This document shows positions 1-13,079 of a DNA stretch of 64,000 nucleotides, one piece after another. Position 1 is the first letter of the stretch, and each line of letters opens with the position of its first letter. Origin of the DNA: Camelus dromedarius (lineage: Eukaryota); NCBI RefSeq assembly GCF_036321535.1, contig NC_087437.1, positions 75,828,001-75,892,000 on the forward strand. The letters run 5' to 3'. Position numbers and translations under genes: made by a program. Under the pieces are notes generated by a model, which was not told the origin of the DNA, did not search any database, and was given only the letters and a program-made list of their open reading frames with translations.

Positions 1-176
1 TACAACTAGGTACAGAGCATTTACATTGCATTAGGTACTATAAGTAACCTAAAGATGGTTCAAATGGTATGTGTAGGTTCTATGCAAATACTACACCATT
101 TTGTGTAGTATTCGTGGATTTTGGCATCCAAAGGGGTCCTGGGGAACCAGACCCCACAGACACTGAGGGACAACTG
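1..176. mobile_element. MER2/Tigger3-like Tc1-mariner DNA transposon end, truncated by the window edge
   Basis: Resembles the MER2/Tigger3 terminus (gcatttacattgcattagg...tatgcaaatactacaccatttt...ggattttggcatcc...ggggtcctgg...cactgagggacaactg) and is followed by TA. Confidence 0.75.
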
Positions 177-179
177 TAT

Positions 180-260
180 ACATATATCAAATCATGATGT
201 TGCACACCTAAAACTGACGCAATGTTACATGTCAAATATATCAACAAAAATTTTTTAAAT
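180..260 (+). mobile_element. Old L1 3' end with A-rich tail
   Basis: atatcaaatcatgatgttgcacacctaaaactgacgcaatgttacatgtcaaa followed by an A-run is typical of an L1M 3' UTR end. Confidence 0.55.
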
Positions 261-2967
261 TAATTTATTAGTTAATTAATTTTGAAAAAGGGGGTGAGAA
301 GTGAGACATACAGTTATAGCTACACTAAAAACAAAATCCCATTTGGCTCTGACTCTGTTGGCACTGCTTCTTTTCACCAGTAAGAAACTTTCCTCACTAA
401 TGCCCCTTCCCCCCTGCATCTCTCTCCTATCCAGTAGCTTGTCAGCCAGGAATTGCCAGTGAGATGTTTCTTCAAATGCCTACACCAAAGCCTTCCTCCC
501 AAGACTAGGTCAACCTGGACTTTGTACTAACTGAAACTTAGGGAAACTGTTTCAGCAAGAGAGCAACCCAGAAACTGTCTCTCATCAATCAATCGAAGCT
601 AAAAGGGGAGACTTCAACATGGTGTTTTTCTTCATAACATCCTCTAAAGCCGTTCTGTGTTAAATTGTTTAGCAAAATTCTCATTAAGATAACTGTGCCG
701 ACCTCCATAAAAATGCATGCCAGAATATCCCCACGAGGAAAAGTCTCAGTTTTGGGGGACAGCTGCTCCTTCCTGTTATCCAAAAAGTTGCCCAAAGTGT
801 GGGATCCTCTCCAGGACACCGAGCACTGGCCCAAGGACCCTCTGTCAGAATCCCCTCAGCCGCGGTGTGACCCACCTTCCCTTCCAGCCCCACCATGTCT
901 GAGCAAGCAGCCTTTGGCTTGAGTTGCACATCCCCGAAAGGCCTAACTCTGAGCTGCTCAGATCTTGAACCCAGTGTTTGGAGAACATGCCTCCTTTTTT
1001 CCTTTCCCAACCTCAATAAAAGGATAATGCCATGTATTTTTGAAAGACAAGACACACAGCATAAGATCAAATCATTTTTTCTCCAGCTAAGCCTCCCGCT
1101 GGATTCCCCAGCCAACTTTCCGCAGCTCATAAACACAATTCCCATTCATCCCCCCAGCTCCAAATCCATCATTACTTGGCTGGGCACACGTGGGCAGGTG
1201 GTGCTGCACAACAGGGCTTGGACGAGCTCTTTTTTCCTTCCTGGACGGAAGAAGGAGGATTAGCACAAGATCTTTTCTATGAGTGAGTGACAGGGCAGGC
1301 AACTGGGGGGGCAGAGGAGTGGGGCAGTTTATGTGAATTTCATCCTGGAGGAAAGTATGGAGGTGATTCTGAAAACAGTTTTGCTGTCTCCATAAAGGCA
1401 AGTCTGGAATCTGCCACACCGGCCGCCATCTCAGTGCGTGGTCCACACTGACTTCACCTGATGGAGACGAGCACCTCTGGGAGGGGGAGGTGGGCGGAGG
1501 AGGAGTAATGTGAGCGAGTGGAAAGCGGGTCCCTGATCAGAAACATAAAGCCCTCACGCAAAGCTTTACTTACTTTTAGCTTCATTTCCTTTCGAATATT
1601 GGAAATTGGAAGAACTTCCATGAAGTAGCCTCAGGAAAAGGAAGACACACAAACAGATGTAGATTTTTCTGTAAAGTTTAGAGCTTAACTGTCCTCTCTT
1701 GCTTGGACCTCAGTGAGTCCTGAGAGTTGCTGGGAGCTGTAGAAGGTTCTAGGTGGGGAGGGGAAGCCAGGTTGTCATTAGAAAGTACTTCTGAATACGC
1801 GCACGCTGATTTCAGAGCAGCTGAAGCACTTCTGTAGAAGCTGTAGAAACACACACACAAAGCCACCAGGGCTTTGGGCAGCTGAGAGGTGGCTATTAAG
1901 TGGTAGTGCCTGTGGCAATGTCCCCTCCTTTGACATCTGCAGGCCCTGAGGCCCATCTGGAAGCTGGAAGAGGAACAAGAGTTTCTGAAGGCTGCTCAGT
2001 GGTAGATGTCAGGCGTTAAGTCTCCTGGGGGCGTATGAGCTGTGTGGGGTCAGTGCTGCCATTAGGAAACAGGGTCTCCTGCGCAGTAAGATTCAGGACT
2101 TCCCGTCACTGATATTAACGATTGTCCTAAGGCCTTAACTACCTGTGAAAGTGTAAAGTATTTGATCCAATGATTACTTATTGGATGACTTTGAATAGTG
2201 AGAAGACAATTTATACTCGTAGAAGCAGTATTAACAGCCCTGGACTTGGAATGTCAAAATCTGTCCTGAACTATCCTAATAGTCCCTATTCCCACTATTT
2301 TCTGGGGGAAAGATGGGATGGATACCAGGCAGGGATAATCCTTCTAAACGGGGAACAGATTTCCATAAAGGAATCTACATATAAAACTATTAAGTCAGAA
2401 TTTGTGAAGGATCTGAAATTTTATCTTACTTGCAAGCTAACAAGTTAGCCTGCCACACTTCTATTTTTGTGTAGCACAATATACATTTTTTAAATATATA
2501 TAAAATATACACACAAATACATATAAATTTCATAGGTGTATATGCACATATGTGAGTATGCATACATACATACACATGCTCAGGAGGAAACAGTTCTGTG
2601 TCAGAGACAAAGACCATTTATTGTGCTCAGCTAAAGCAGCATGATGTTTGGACAACATTCCCCCCAGGGCTGTACAGGGAAGATTAAATGAGGGCTTCAC
2701 ATGCAGTGGGGTGCATTATTAGAGAGGACTCCCACAATTAGGAAACTCTGATTTTGCACAGGGCTGCTGGTGTCCTGCATATCCACTCTCTGGAAAGAGA
2801 AAAACCTTAACTTTAATAAGGAACTTAAGCTTCTTTTCTTTGGGTACAGGAAGAGGAGGCCTTTAACTTTCCTACCTTGAAGCAACTCCAGAAAGGGAGA
2901 TGTTGCTAAGCTTTAGTATTTTGAAATGTCTCCTTATACAAATATTCTCTCTTTTTAATCATTTTAA

Positions 2968-3680
2968 GTGTTTTTTTTTCAACTGACATATAACATTATA
3001 TTAGTTTCAGGTGTATAACATCATAGTTCAATATTTGTATATATTGCAAAACATTCAGCACAATAAGTCTAGTTAATATCTGTCACTATACATAGTTTAA
3101 AAATTTTTGTTTTTCTTGTGATAAGGACTTTTAAGATCTGCTCTTAAAGCAACTTTCAAATATGCAACACAGTATTGCTAACTATAGTCATCATGCTGTA
3201 CATTATGTCCCCAGGACTTACTTATAATTGGAATTTTGTACCTTTTGACCCCCTACACTCATTTATCCCACCCACCCCCACCTCCTGCCTCTGGCAATCG
3301 CCAATCTGTTCTCTGTATCTATGAGCTTGAGGGGTTTGTTGTTGTTTTAAATTCTACATATAAGTAAGATGATATGGTATTTGTCTTTTTCTGTCTGACT
3401 TATTTTGCTTAACATAATGCCCTCAAGGTCCCTCCATGTTGCTGCAAATGACAAGATTTCATTTCTCTTTATGGCTGAACAGTATGCCATTCTGTGTGGT
3501 ATACATATATATATACATAAATCACATCTTTATCCATTCATCCATTGATGGGCACTTAGGTTGCTTCCACATCTTGGCTATTGAAAATAATGCTGCCATG
3601 AACATGGAGAAACATACATCTTTACAAATTAATGTTTTCATTTTCTTCAGATAAACACCCAGAAGTGGAGTTGCTGGATA
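2968..3680 (-). mobile_element. L1 (L1MA9/10-like) 3' UTR and ORF2 end, antisense
   Basis: Poly-T start, then acattatattagtttcaggtgtataaca...ccattgatgggcacttaggttgcttccacatcttggctattgaaaataatgctgc, characteristic of L1MA 3' ends. Confidence 0.85.
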
Positions 3681-4624
3681 AAATATTCTTAATTTGGCTA
3701 TAAATATCTTTGCTTACAGGACCCAGATAGTGCAGAAATGTGAGCGATTCATGGAGAATTGTCTCTCAACAAAAACATGTAGGTAAAATTAAAAAACCCC
3801 TCCCTCAGTAGAACTCCCTTTAGTTATCCACAGCCCTTCAAGAACATTTTGTGTAATTATACCACCCTATATAGTGGCATTTTGGAGAACTGAAGAAAGG
3901 GCAGTAAAGGTAAGTGTGGTTCACTTCCACATGCAGAAAGCAGCATTCTATTAAAGGACACTGGAGTCCAGGTGTTCCAGGCTGTGACCATCGGTTACAT
4001 GAGCGGTGGTCAGAGGAATGGCAATAACATGTAACGTAAAAGAACATCTGCCCAGTGGACAGCTCAGTGGAAGACATGAGATAAACTCCTTTCTCCAGGT
4101 ATGCTGGAGGAATGGGACTCGAAGCAGAAGGGACTTGGAGTACAAGGGCACCCTCATTTGCCCCAAGGTGTAGCTGGCTTGCTGCATGCTTCTCCTTGGC
4201 CTAGAGAGAGGCTGGACCATCCCTAGTCAGAGGAAGCCCAGCCCGATAATCTTGGCTCTTGACCCACCTTCTTCTGGCCAAAATGCTTTTGACTCCTCTG
4301 TGGACTGCTCTTTTGCTAACAACTATCTCCCTGGGTTTCACTGAGAGAAAGGTGGAGGGCTTGTTTCTCCAGAAGGTGTGTAGGAACTCTGCCCCAAGAA
4401 TAAATCTCTTCCTGGCAGCGCAGTTGAGCGGCTCATCAGCACCCACCTGCCTCACTGTGGGCCGACCTTCTCCTGCCTGACCCTGGCTAGGCTCTCAGAT
4501 ATTCAAGCTGCAGCTTGAGTTTTCCAGTTTCCGCCCAACAGCACACCCACCTCTTCTATTCTTCCCTTTACTTGAGCAGGAGATCAATTATCTAACTCCT
4601 TATTGTAGGTGGTGAGAGCATTTT

Positions 4625-5570
4625 GGGTTCTGGATCCAATTTCCAATGTGTGTGGGGGAGGTTACCTCCCAAACCACCAAGCAATACTCAGAACACCAGC
4701 TGGATGTCCTACAAGTCAACTCAAAGCTAACACAGTGTACCTGGAGGTAGCATCAGATTCCACAAGACTGTCCTCCACTTCAGACAACAATTGCAAGCCC
4801 AGGTGATTACCTCTGCTTCTGACCCACCAGCTACATAAATCAGAGATTCATTCCCACAACCCCTTCCTTGGGTTTAATATATTTGCTAGAGTGGCTCACA
4901 GAACTCAGAAAACCCATTTACCCACTATATTACCAGTTTATTATAAAGGATATTAAAGGACACGAATCAACAGCCAGATGAAGAGATACATAGGGCAAGT
5001 TCCCCAACAAAGGATTTTCTGTCCTTGTGAAGTTGGAGCCCCACACAGTGGCAGGTGGAAGCATTCTGGTTCCCCAACCTGGAAGCTCTCCAAATCCTCT
5101 CCTTTTGGGTTTTTATGGATCCTTCATTACATAGGCAGGACTGATTAAATCATTGACCATTGGTGACTGACCTCAATCTTCAGCTTCTCTCCCCTCTCTG
5201 GAAATCAGGGGGTGAATTGAAAGTTCCTCTATTCATGGCTGGTTCCCCTGGCAACAAGCCCCAACCTGAGGTGCTTTTCCTAAAGTCAAATCATTAATAT
5301 AAACCCAGTTGTAGTGGAAAGGAGCTTATTCTGAATAACAGGAAACCTATTTCAGCTTTATGGCTGTTAAGTAATTTCAGGAAATGGGAGCAAGAGACCA
5401 AATATTATGACAAAAGATGTTCCCGTTGATTATATTGCTCAGGAAATTCCAAGGGTTTGAAGATCTGTGAACCAGGAACTACGCATGGATGAAGGCCAAA
5501 TACATATGAGGAATATATTTTGATCATCTGAATGACCAAATATATATTTCTTATAAATCACAATATTGCA
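4625..5570 (-). mobile_element. MER21-like solo LTR
   Basis: Right end ccaaatatatatttcttataaatcacaatattgca is the reverse complement of a MER21-type 5' end. Internal tttgctagagtggctcacagaactcag and ccaacctggaagctctc motifs are shared with the copy at 14.1-14.9 kb. Confidence 0.75.
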
Positions 5571-5616
5571 GAGGGTGAAAATAATCTCATGAAGCATAAA
5601 GATGGGGTTGCTCTTC

Positions 5617-5693
5617 TTTTGAACCATATGAAATTCTTTTCTTGAAGGTCAAAAAACAGTTAAGTATTGGCAATTTCATATGATTCACCTAAT
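5617..5693. mobile_element. MADE2-like mariner MITE (~80 bp palindrome)
   Basis: Inverted repeats tgaaccatatgaaatt (5620-5635) and aatttcatatgattca (5672-5687), 15 of 16 complementary, around a short spacer. Confidence 0.75.
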
Positions 5694-5779
5694 GGTTCTT
5701 CTGCCTCAAGAGGCAATGGAGGGTACACATCAATTGCCCAAATCAGCTAGACTTACTCAGTCTCCATAATTTCAACTAC

Positions 5780-6250
5780 AGCACACACATGAATAGCTCA
5801 AGCTTGTATCTCCAACTCCAGCTTCTCTCCTGGCCCACAGGACATCTCCATTTGGATGTGACAAATGCACCTCAAATCTGATATGTCCAAATTGAAATCA
5901 TGGTACATGGCTCCAATGTTTACCCAAAGTCGCTAAGGTCTACCCAGGAGACTTCTTGGCTGCTCTCTCCTTAATCTTCACCTCCAGTTGGTAGATACAT
6001 ATGTTAATAATATCTCCTTAGTGGTTGTCAGTCTATTTCCTGCTTCCCCACTGCCCTCTTCCAAGCCCTCAGAATTTCTTGCTTGTATTCTATCAACAAC
6101 CCCCTAATTGTTTTCCTAGCCTCCAATTTTCTCACACCACCAAGTCATATGGAATCCTTCTGGGAAATAGTACTGAAATGCAAATCTGATTGTTCTTCCT
6201 CTTCATGTCTCCTGTTGCCTTTATGATAAAGTCTTCACTTCTTATGACCC
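5780..6250 (+). mobile_element. L2 LINE fragment
   Basis: gacatctccatttggatgtg...cacctcaaatctgatatgtccaaattgaa and aaatgcaaatctgat are L2 3'-region signatures. Confidence 0.65.
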
Positions 6251-6266
6251 ATAAGGGTTTGTATCT

Positions 6267-6432
6267 CATGGTTCTCAAAGGAGGATGGGATCTAGCAATA
6301 TCATTCAGTTAGGGCTATTTGGGGTTTCTCAATGTCCAGGGTGTTACTGACATTTAGTGGGCAAGGACCAGGAATGCTGAATATCCCAAATGAGAGATAC
6401 AGTTCTGCCCAAAGAAGAATTATACCATCCAA
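6267..6432. mobile_element. MER20-like hAT-Charlie element
   Basis: tggttctcaa...gtgttactgacatttagtgggcaaggaccaggaatgctgaatatcc...aaagaagaattat resembles MER20. Confidence 0.6.
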
Positions 6433-7894
6433 AGGCTTTGGTCCTCAGACTCCTCAGCGATCTCCTAAATTGCCTTGGGCTATTGGAGTAGAGACGCAAA
6501 TGTCCTGGGGCCATCTTGTCTCTATCTTGACTTTTTTCAAAGCTTCTTACCAGGAAAGTTCTCCAGTCTCCATAGGCCTTATGGTCTTTGGGATCCATAC
6601 AGCCTGAATTGTCACCAATTAATACTTAGAAATAGCTGATGACTACTGTTAAAAATGACCAAAGACAATGTAGGTGATATAAACAAACTTCATCTAATGC
6701 TTCTTGAAATGAACAGTCTCCATTCAAAGAATTTCAAAATGGGGTAGAAGGCAGGAAGCTTTTGTAGGATAAAGAATAAGGAAAAAGGAAGTAAGCATAG
6801 AGCCATGAGTTGGCTTCATGCTTGAGGTTTGGCTGACTGGATGTCCCATCTTTCTGGTCAAGAAGAGGGAGCATTTCCAGGGACAAAAGTTTAAGTTTTG
6901 GTTTACTGACATGGCACCCTGAGCAGAAGTGGCTTGATCTTGGCTCAGGAAATATATTTCAACACTACACAGGAAGAACAATGTGGAACTCTAAGCTCAC
7001 AGACAGCTGCAGCTAGGCAGAAGGGGGAAATAGGCTCCTTCATCTTTCTAGAAGGGGAAATGATTTATAACCATCAGAAACATGATAAAATTTTTAGTAC
7101 ATAAAATCAGTTTCATAAATTATTAAACAATAAGTCATTGATTCTATTTGTTTTGTGGCAATTAAAAAAGTGACTAATTTTTCATCAAGATAGGAAATAA
7201 ATACACATCACCTCGATATCCAAGTGGTTGTTCCCACTTCCTCCATCCCCTGCAAACACTATGTTCACCTTGTGCCTGTGGAAGGAATGCAGTGCAGGAA
7301 GTGCAGGGGAAGGAGGGAGTGGAGGGCAGGAAGAAAGGATCCAGATGGCAGAGGTGGGAAAATGTCAGAGAGAAATTTCCCTTGTGTCCCAGTTTTGCCT
7401 GGAGCTGCTTCTGCCTGGAGTTCTACAACAAAAACTGTTCAAAAAGGAAGCCAAAGAGGAAAAAAAAACTCTTTTGTGAAGCTTTCCAGGAGTAGACATT
7501 TCTGAAAAGCTGATGTGTTTCTTCCCAATTGTGAGTCCATAGTCACCCACGTCCAATCAGCTCAAAGACAGAGACGATAAATCTACTTCACAAAAGTTTC
7601 TGGAATCCAGGCTTCTTTTCGGAGACAAAAACCCCTTGAAATATACAGTTCCTCTCTGGAGGCTTTGTTCATCGTAGCCCCATGTTTTACTAACTGTCTC
7701 TGGGGAACCAAAGGCATAGTCAGCACCACATCAGGCGGATCTATCTTCCAGGGATCTCAGGAGACACCAGGGACTGCGGTGAGCTATGAAGAAACATCTG
7801 GCGTTTCCTGGGGGAGCGGTTCATAATGCTACTGTATTTTGTACAGAATCAACCATTTTTCAAATAGAGGTTTTCCTACTTTCATTTACCCTAG

Positions 7895-8415
7895 TGTTAC
7901 AGCAAAGTGTGTTACAGCTCAGTGTGACAGCAACCTGGATCCTGGTGAGAGACCAAGCAGCACTCGGACGCCTGGAGAACTCAGTTTTATTACAGCAGGC
8001 CCAGAGGAGTTAACACTCCAAGTGTCTGTAGATTTACACGGGATTTTATACGCTGCCAGTCTAGACTTCGCAACATCATATGCAAATAAGGTGTAACAAA
8101 GTGGACAAATCAGGAATGAGCTTTATGCAAATGAGGTGTTAGAAGTGAACCAATCAGGAGTGATAGAAATGGACCAATTAGGAGTGAGCTAGGTTCACGC
8201 CATATGCAGAGTAGGTGTTACAAATGGACCAACCAGGAGTGAGCTTTGGGAACCAATAGAATCTTAGGGGTAAGTTCCACTTTCCTAGAAGCAAGCTGTT
8301 TTACAGAAGCAAAAAGCAAGATAATGCCACCAGGCCAGGGAACTGGATGGCTGGCAGGCAAGTAGTGGCCCTGCCTGTGGGTCCTGCCAGTCTTTTCATG
8401 GGGCTTCCCACCTCA
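7895..8415 (-). mobile_element. Complete ERV1-type solo LTR, probably lineage-restricted
   Basis: TG...CA termini with a 4-bp flank match (ctag 7891-7894 / ctgg 8416-8419). On the minus strand, tandem Oct/CCAAT repeats, TATAAAA (8044-8050) and AATAAA (7986-7991) occur in U3-R order. Confidence 0.75.
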
Positions 8416-8832
8416 CTGGTCATATTGGCTGAGCAGAAGGACTAGCCTGTTCATCCCAGTGTCTGGAAATGCCAGATGTACTTCTTTAAAATCCTGGACT
8501 ATTTCTCACTGAACAAGGCCAAGCCCCTATCCAGAAAGTTCTGCCTGATAAGTAAGCCAGGTATGCACCTGAGCTGCTGGTGAGTTGGGCTGCCAGTGGT
8601 CTGGACCTCATGTTGGGCTGTGAGGGCTGGAGTTTCCCCACTCACCTCTGCCATGCAGTGCACCAGTGTGGAGTGGCAGAAAGAGTGTGGGCTTAGTGAG
8701 AGTTTCTAGCAACATTCCTTACTAATGCTGTGACTTCTGTCTTGTAGTTAGCATTCAATGCATGTTTCCTCTTATTATTAACAATTATTAGCAGCTAAAT
8801 GTCACCAGCACTAAAGCACCATTGTCCTCTAG

Positions 8833-9000
8833 TTCCTTGCTACTCACGATGCATTCCTAGATTATCTTCATCTTCATCACCTGGGAGCTTACTAGAAATG
8901 CAGACACTCAGGCTCCATCCCAGAACCACTGAATCAGAATCTGCATTTTCTCAAGATCCCAGGAGGTTCTCACATGCACAGCATGTTTAAGAGACCCTGC
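8833..9000. mobile_element. MER5A hAT-Charlie element
   Basis: catcacctgggagcttactagaaatgcagacactcaggctccatcccagaaccactgaatcagaatctgcatttt matches the MER5A core. Confidence 0.85.
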
Positions 9001-10130
9001 AGTCTAGTAGTCAACACCTCCTGCCTCCCTGAAAGGGCTAACCGATCCACTCAGTTCAGAAAGACAATCCCTCCCAGCCTTCTCCTTGTGGTGCACCATC
9101 TTCCTATAACCCAAATCCAGACATGTGATCAAATCAAGTAAGAGCTGACTTAATGGGAACATTGGGACGGAATATTTGACATTGAGGTTGACCATCACCA
9201 TGTGTAACTCCCATTTCAGAACCATTTTGCTTTCCTTGTTCTGAAAAGGGTGGAGAATTATTTCAAAACAGTCCACCTCCCCAGTCGAGTCATGGATGAA
9301 GCTTATGGAGGCTTTTTTATAAACTTCTCTGCCAAAACATTTCTCTTAAGGAAAAAAGTGTCCCTACCAGACATACCACGGAAATCTTGCTTCTGGAGGT
9401 CAGTCATTGGGCTGATGGAGCTGGTCCGTGTGGCAACCAGGCCTCCCCTGTCAGTGAATGCTACAGGTCCTGCCTATTAAATGCTCCTTTCTTACATCTG
9501 CACAAGAAGGACAATCGGTCATTTGCAACAGCAGTTTTTGAACATGACCTGCAATGCATTCTTATAGCAACTCTTTGTCAGGGCCCACTGAATTTGAGGC
9601 AGAGGCAGCAGTTGCTCCTGAAGCCCCAGGTTCCTGGTCAGAGACCTCGGCTGAGCACCCGTGATGCTACAGAGACCCTGTTTAGAAACAGCAATGCCGC
9701 CTGGACTGTGAGTTGTGACTCTGAAGGTGTGTGCAGACAGAGCTCTCATTCATGTTTGGTTAAAATGTCCTATTTTTCCAATTTTCTATCCTAAAAAAAT
9801 ACTGTACATGTCCACTGTATGAAGCTTTCAGCAAGAGTGGTCTTGGTCACGTAACTTTGACCAAGAGCTGTGCGGTTCCTGGGCTGCGTGGGAATTGCTC
9901 TGAGACCACTGGAGTCAGGGGAGGGGCTGGCTGTGGGTTCTGGAGGTAGGAAGGTATGTTAGCGGGAGCACTGGTGGTTTGCAGGTAATAGAAACCTAAT
10001 TCAGATCAGCTCAGGTTAGCTTAGTAACTGGGAGGAGTGCTGGGTGGCTCACAGGTAGAAGAGAGAGTTGAGAACCAAGGTGTTGGGGACTCTAATGGAG
10101 ACATAATGCTTCCAGAAATTTCTCTCCTTG

Positions 10131-10133
<3 letters not shown>

Positions 10134-10168
<35 letters not shown>
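10134..10168. repeat. (TG)n microsatellite
   Basis: About 17 TG units, read directly. Confidence 0.95.
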
Positions 10169-10169
<1 letters not shown>

Positions 10170-10264
10170 GTGTATGTACACGCACTCATGCTGGCTTCCT
10201 CTATGCCACTAGAGATAATTGCTGCAAATAGCTCCTTGACTCATTTTTCCTGCACTATGACCCT

Positions 10265-10464
10265 AAGGGGTCAGCAAACTATTGGCCCGGTGGCCTGTTT
10301 TTGTAGGCCCCCACCTCCACACATGGCAAGCTAAGAATGGTTTTAAATGTTTAATGTGTTGTAAAACAGCAAACAAAGAAGGCTGTGAGACAGGACCCTG
10401 TGTAGGCTGCAAAGCCTAAAATATTTACTATCTGGTCCTTCACAGAAAAAAGTTCTGACATCTG
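10265..10464. mobile_element. MER58-like hAT-Charlie element
   Basis: ggggtcagcaaacta...gctaagaatggtttt...gcaaagcctaaaatatttactatctggtccttcacagaaaaaagtt. Confidence 0.8.
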
Positions 10465-11096
10465 AAAGGAAAGAGACTAATTTCAGCAGAAATGGCCCCG
10501 AGGGGACATGTGCATTCTGAGGCAGTCACTGTGGCAAGAGAGATGAGGGGACTCTGATTACCCATCCAGAATCATATGATCCCTGGGTACCTGGAGGCAG
10601 GACGGTTCTTCCAAGAAAAAGCAGGATGCAGTTTCCAAAAGAAAAAGGGAGAGTTGGGCAAGCCAACTAACAGGCAGCCTGTAGGAAATGGAGGACACCC
10701 TTAGAAGAGGGCGATTCCTACACGTGTGGAGAGTGGCGAGGGATGGTGGAGAACGCTGGGACAAGCAAGAGGAAACTGCGGCCTGAAGGGGCAGGGAGGA
10801 GACAATTAGCCAAATCTGCAGGAGCTGTGGCCAGGAGATGGGTCACCTTCACCGGGCTGGAGAGAGAGGGGGAACACAGTAATGTCTCCTGGCGGGGAGG
10901 AAACTCACACTGTCCCATCCTCCCGCCTCCTGCCTGTACCTCCCATTGGCCACACCAACCGGCAGCCAGAAGGCACATCCTAGAGGCCAGCCTCCTGGGT
11001 ACGGAGCACCTGGAGAGGTGTCTGGAGGGGGTTGGCAGGGGCAATGGAGACAATGCAGACAGCACACAGAGAGCAGCTTTGTATTCTGATCCTCCG

Positions 11097-11269
11097 CAGG
11101 CCTGGCCTCACGTGCTCCTGGCCGGTGCAGTCAGGGGCCTGAGCTTGGACGGTCCCCTCACTCGGTTCAATGCTCTGCTGTCACCCTCTTGAAATTCTTA
11201 ATAATTTTTGAACAAGGGGCCCCACACTTTTATTTTGCACTCGGCCCCACAAATTGCATAGCCAGGCCT
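11097..11269. mobile_element. MER45A-like hAT-Tip100 element
   Basis: Terminal inverted repeats caggcctggc / gccaggcct. Core aatgctctgctgtcaccctcttgaaattcttaataatttttgaacaaggggccccacac. Confidence 0.8.
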
Positions 11270-11796
11270 CACACTATCCTCATGGTTGTATGATCTCAAG
11301 TCCTTTGAGTGCCTCTGCCCTTCAGTTGCCTGACCTGTAAAATGATCTGAACGAGATTTTCCTCCCAGGGTTGAAGAGCAAATGAGATTTGTGTGTGAAG
11401 GGCCTGTGAGAGAGAGTGAGGCCGCAGCCGGGACAAGCCCTCCTCCCACAGGTGTTCCTCCTCCGCTCTCCTCAGAGGCGGGCCTTAGCAGCTCTGGGCA
11501 GCCAGCTCGGGGAAGAGGACTGTGCCCTTAAAAGCACCTGACAGGAAAGAATCCTGGTCTGATCAGGAGAGAAGAAGCGACAGAGGAGAGGAGGGCTGAC
11601 TGGTCGTTTGGCCACTAGCCATTCAGAGACCATAAGAAATAAACTTAACAATCCCCCAGCTCCCTTGTTTGACGTATAAGGAACGAGGCCCATAAATATC
11701 TAAACCTTTGCTGAGAGCACAGACATAGTGACTAGCAGAGCTTGACCCCAACTCACGTCTGCGGGGACCAAGTCCAGGGAGCTTTTGACTCCCTGC

Positions 11797-12056
11797 TGCT
11801 AACAGGGAGGCCATTAGACTGAGGGGGGCTCTAATGCCTGGAACCAGGTAAGTAAACCAAACTCTAAGCCTGTCAATGTCACAGTCAAGGAGCTTTGAGC
11901 TACTGCCAATCAGATCATTTCCTTTCTTTGCTTCCTCCCTTTCTCTGTATAGGTCCTTCCCTTGACCACTTCAGATCTGGCCTTGCCCCACCGGAATAGA
12001 CAAATGTTCAAATAAACTTGTAAAATGTTTAATCTGCCTCAGTTTATCTTTTAACA
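11797..12056 (+). mobile_element. MER93-like ERV1 solo LTR
   Basis: gggaggccattagactgagg...ctctaatgcc near the start, ccaatcag, AATAAA at 12011-12016, and the end cagtttatcttttaaca. Confidence 0.7.
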
Positions 12057-12797
12057 CAATGTATTCATACTCACACCAGAAGCTGGACATGGTTTGACTT
12101 AGATATCAGGCTTGGGAATTATCATCAGTTTGCCGTGGTACAAGTTATCCTTTTGCAATCTGCCTTTTCTCTTCTCCTACCTCCTCAAGAAATCCCCTCC
12201 AACTTCCAATTCAAAGGATCTCAGGTTTTTATCTCCTTGGGGGTGCACTCTATCACTATGGGTGCTGTGGGTCTTGAACTGAAGGCCCTCAGGATTCTGA
12301 TGGAGCCCTCAGCACCAGGCCCTGAATGTATTGTAGTGTTGGATGGAATCTGAATACAAATTCATTTTTGCCACATAGTGACTGGGCTTCAAATAGTCAA
12401 AGCTTTGTGAGTCTCATTAAGGTGAAATAATTCTACTTGTACTGACTCACAGATTTTCTACCTGCATATATACCTAAATGCTTTTTCCAAGTCTCATCAG
12501 AGTATTTTTTTAGTGCAAAATTGTCTTGTATCCCACGGCAAGCTTTAATCTGGTGAGGACAGTCTGTTTCTCCTGGCAACATCCAGGAGACTGGATGAAT
12601 GGGGGTCAGCTGAGTAGTTTGAAGAGCAGCCTTGGTAATCTATTAAACAAAGCTAGGAATTTTCCGAAGAATGTTTAGCAAAGATACTACAGTTTGAAGT
12701 GAATAGGAAGGGTTTTGTTCGCAAGCTCTGCCTCACTGTTGGATTCAAAGAGTGTTCAGCCCCAGAAAAGAACATCAATGTCTTACTTGGAAATTAA

Positions 12798-12822
12798 ACA
12801 CGCACACACACAAACACACACA

Positions 12823-12877
<55 letters not shown>
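12798..12877. repeat. Interrupted (CA)n microsatellite
   Basis: About 80 bp of CA repeat, read directly. Confidence 0.95.
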
Positions 12878-12881
<4 letters not shown>

Positions 12882-13079
12882 CTTCTTTTCTGCCCACATT
12901 GAGATTTGCTTAACTGTAGGAAAGTTTGTCATGCCTGAAAATATGTATCTTTGCCTTTGATCCAAAGCAAATGCTATAGAGGAGAAAAGATACCATATCT
13001 TTTGTTTTTGGGAAAATGAATTGTCAAGGACTGTGCTTCAGAAGGACGGACAAAAGACTCAAATGATTCTGCAGGATGA

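Noticed and set aside
8078..8260. Spaced ~44-bp repeats as a CRISPR-like array
   Set aside because: Eukaryotic context. The units are degenerate and mostly adjacent, lack unique spacers of constant length, and lie within an LTR U3 region.
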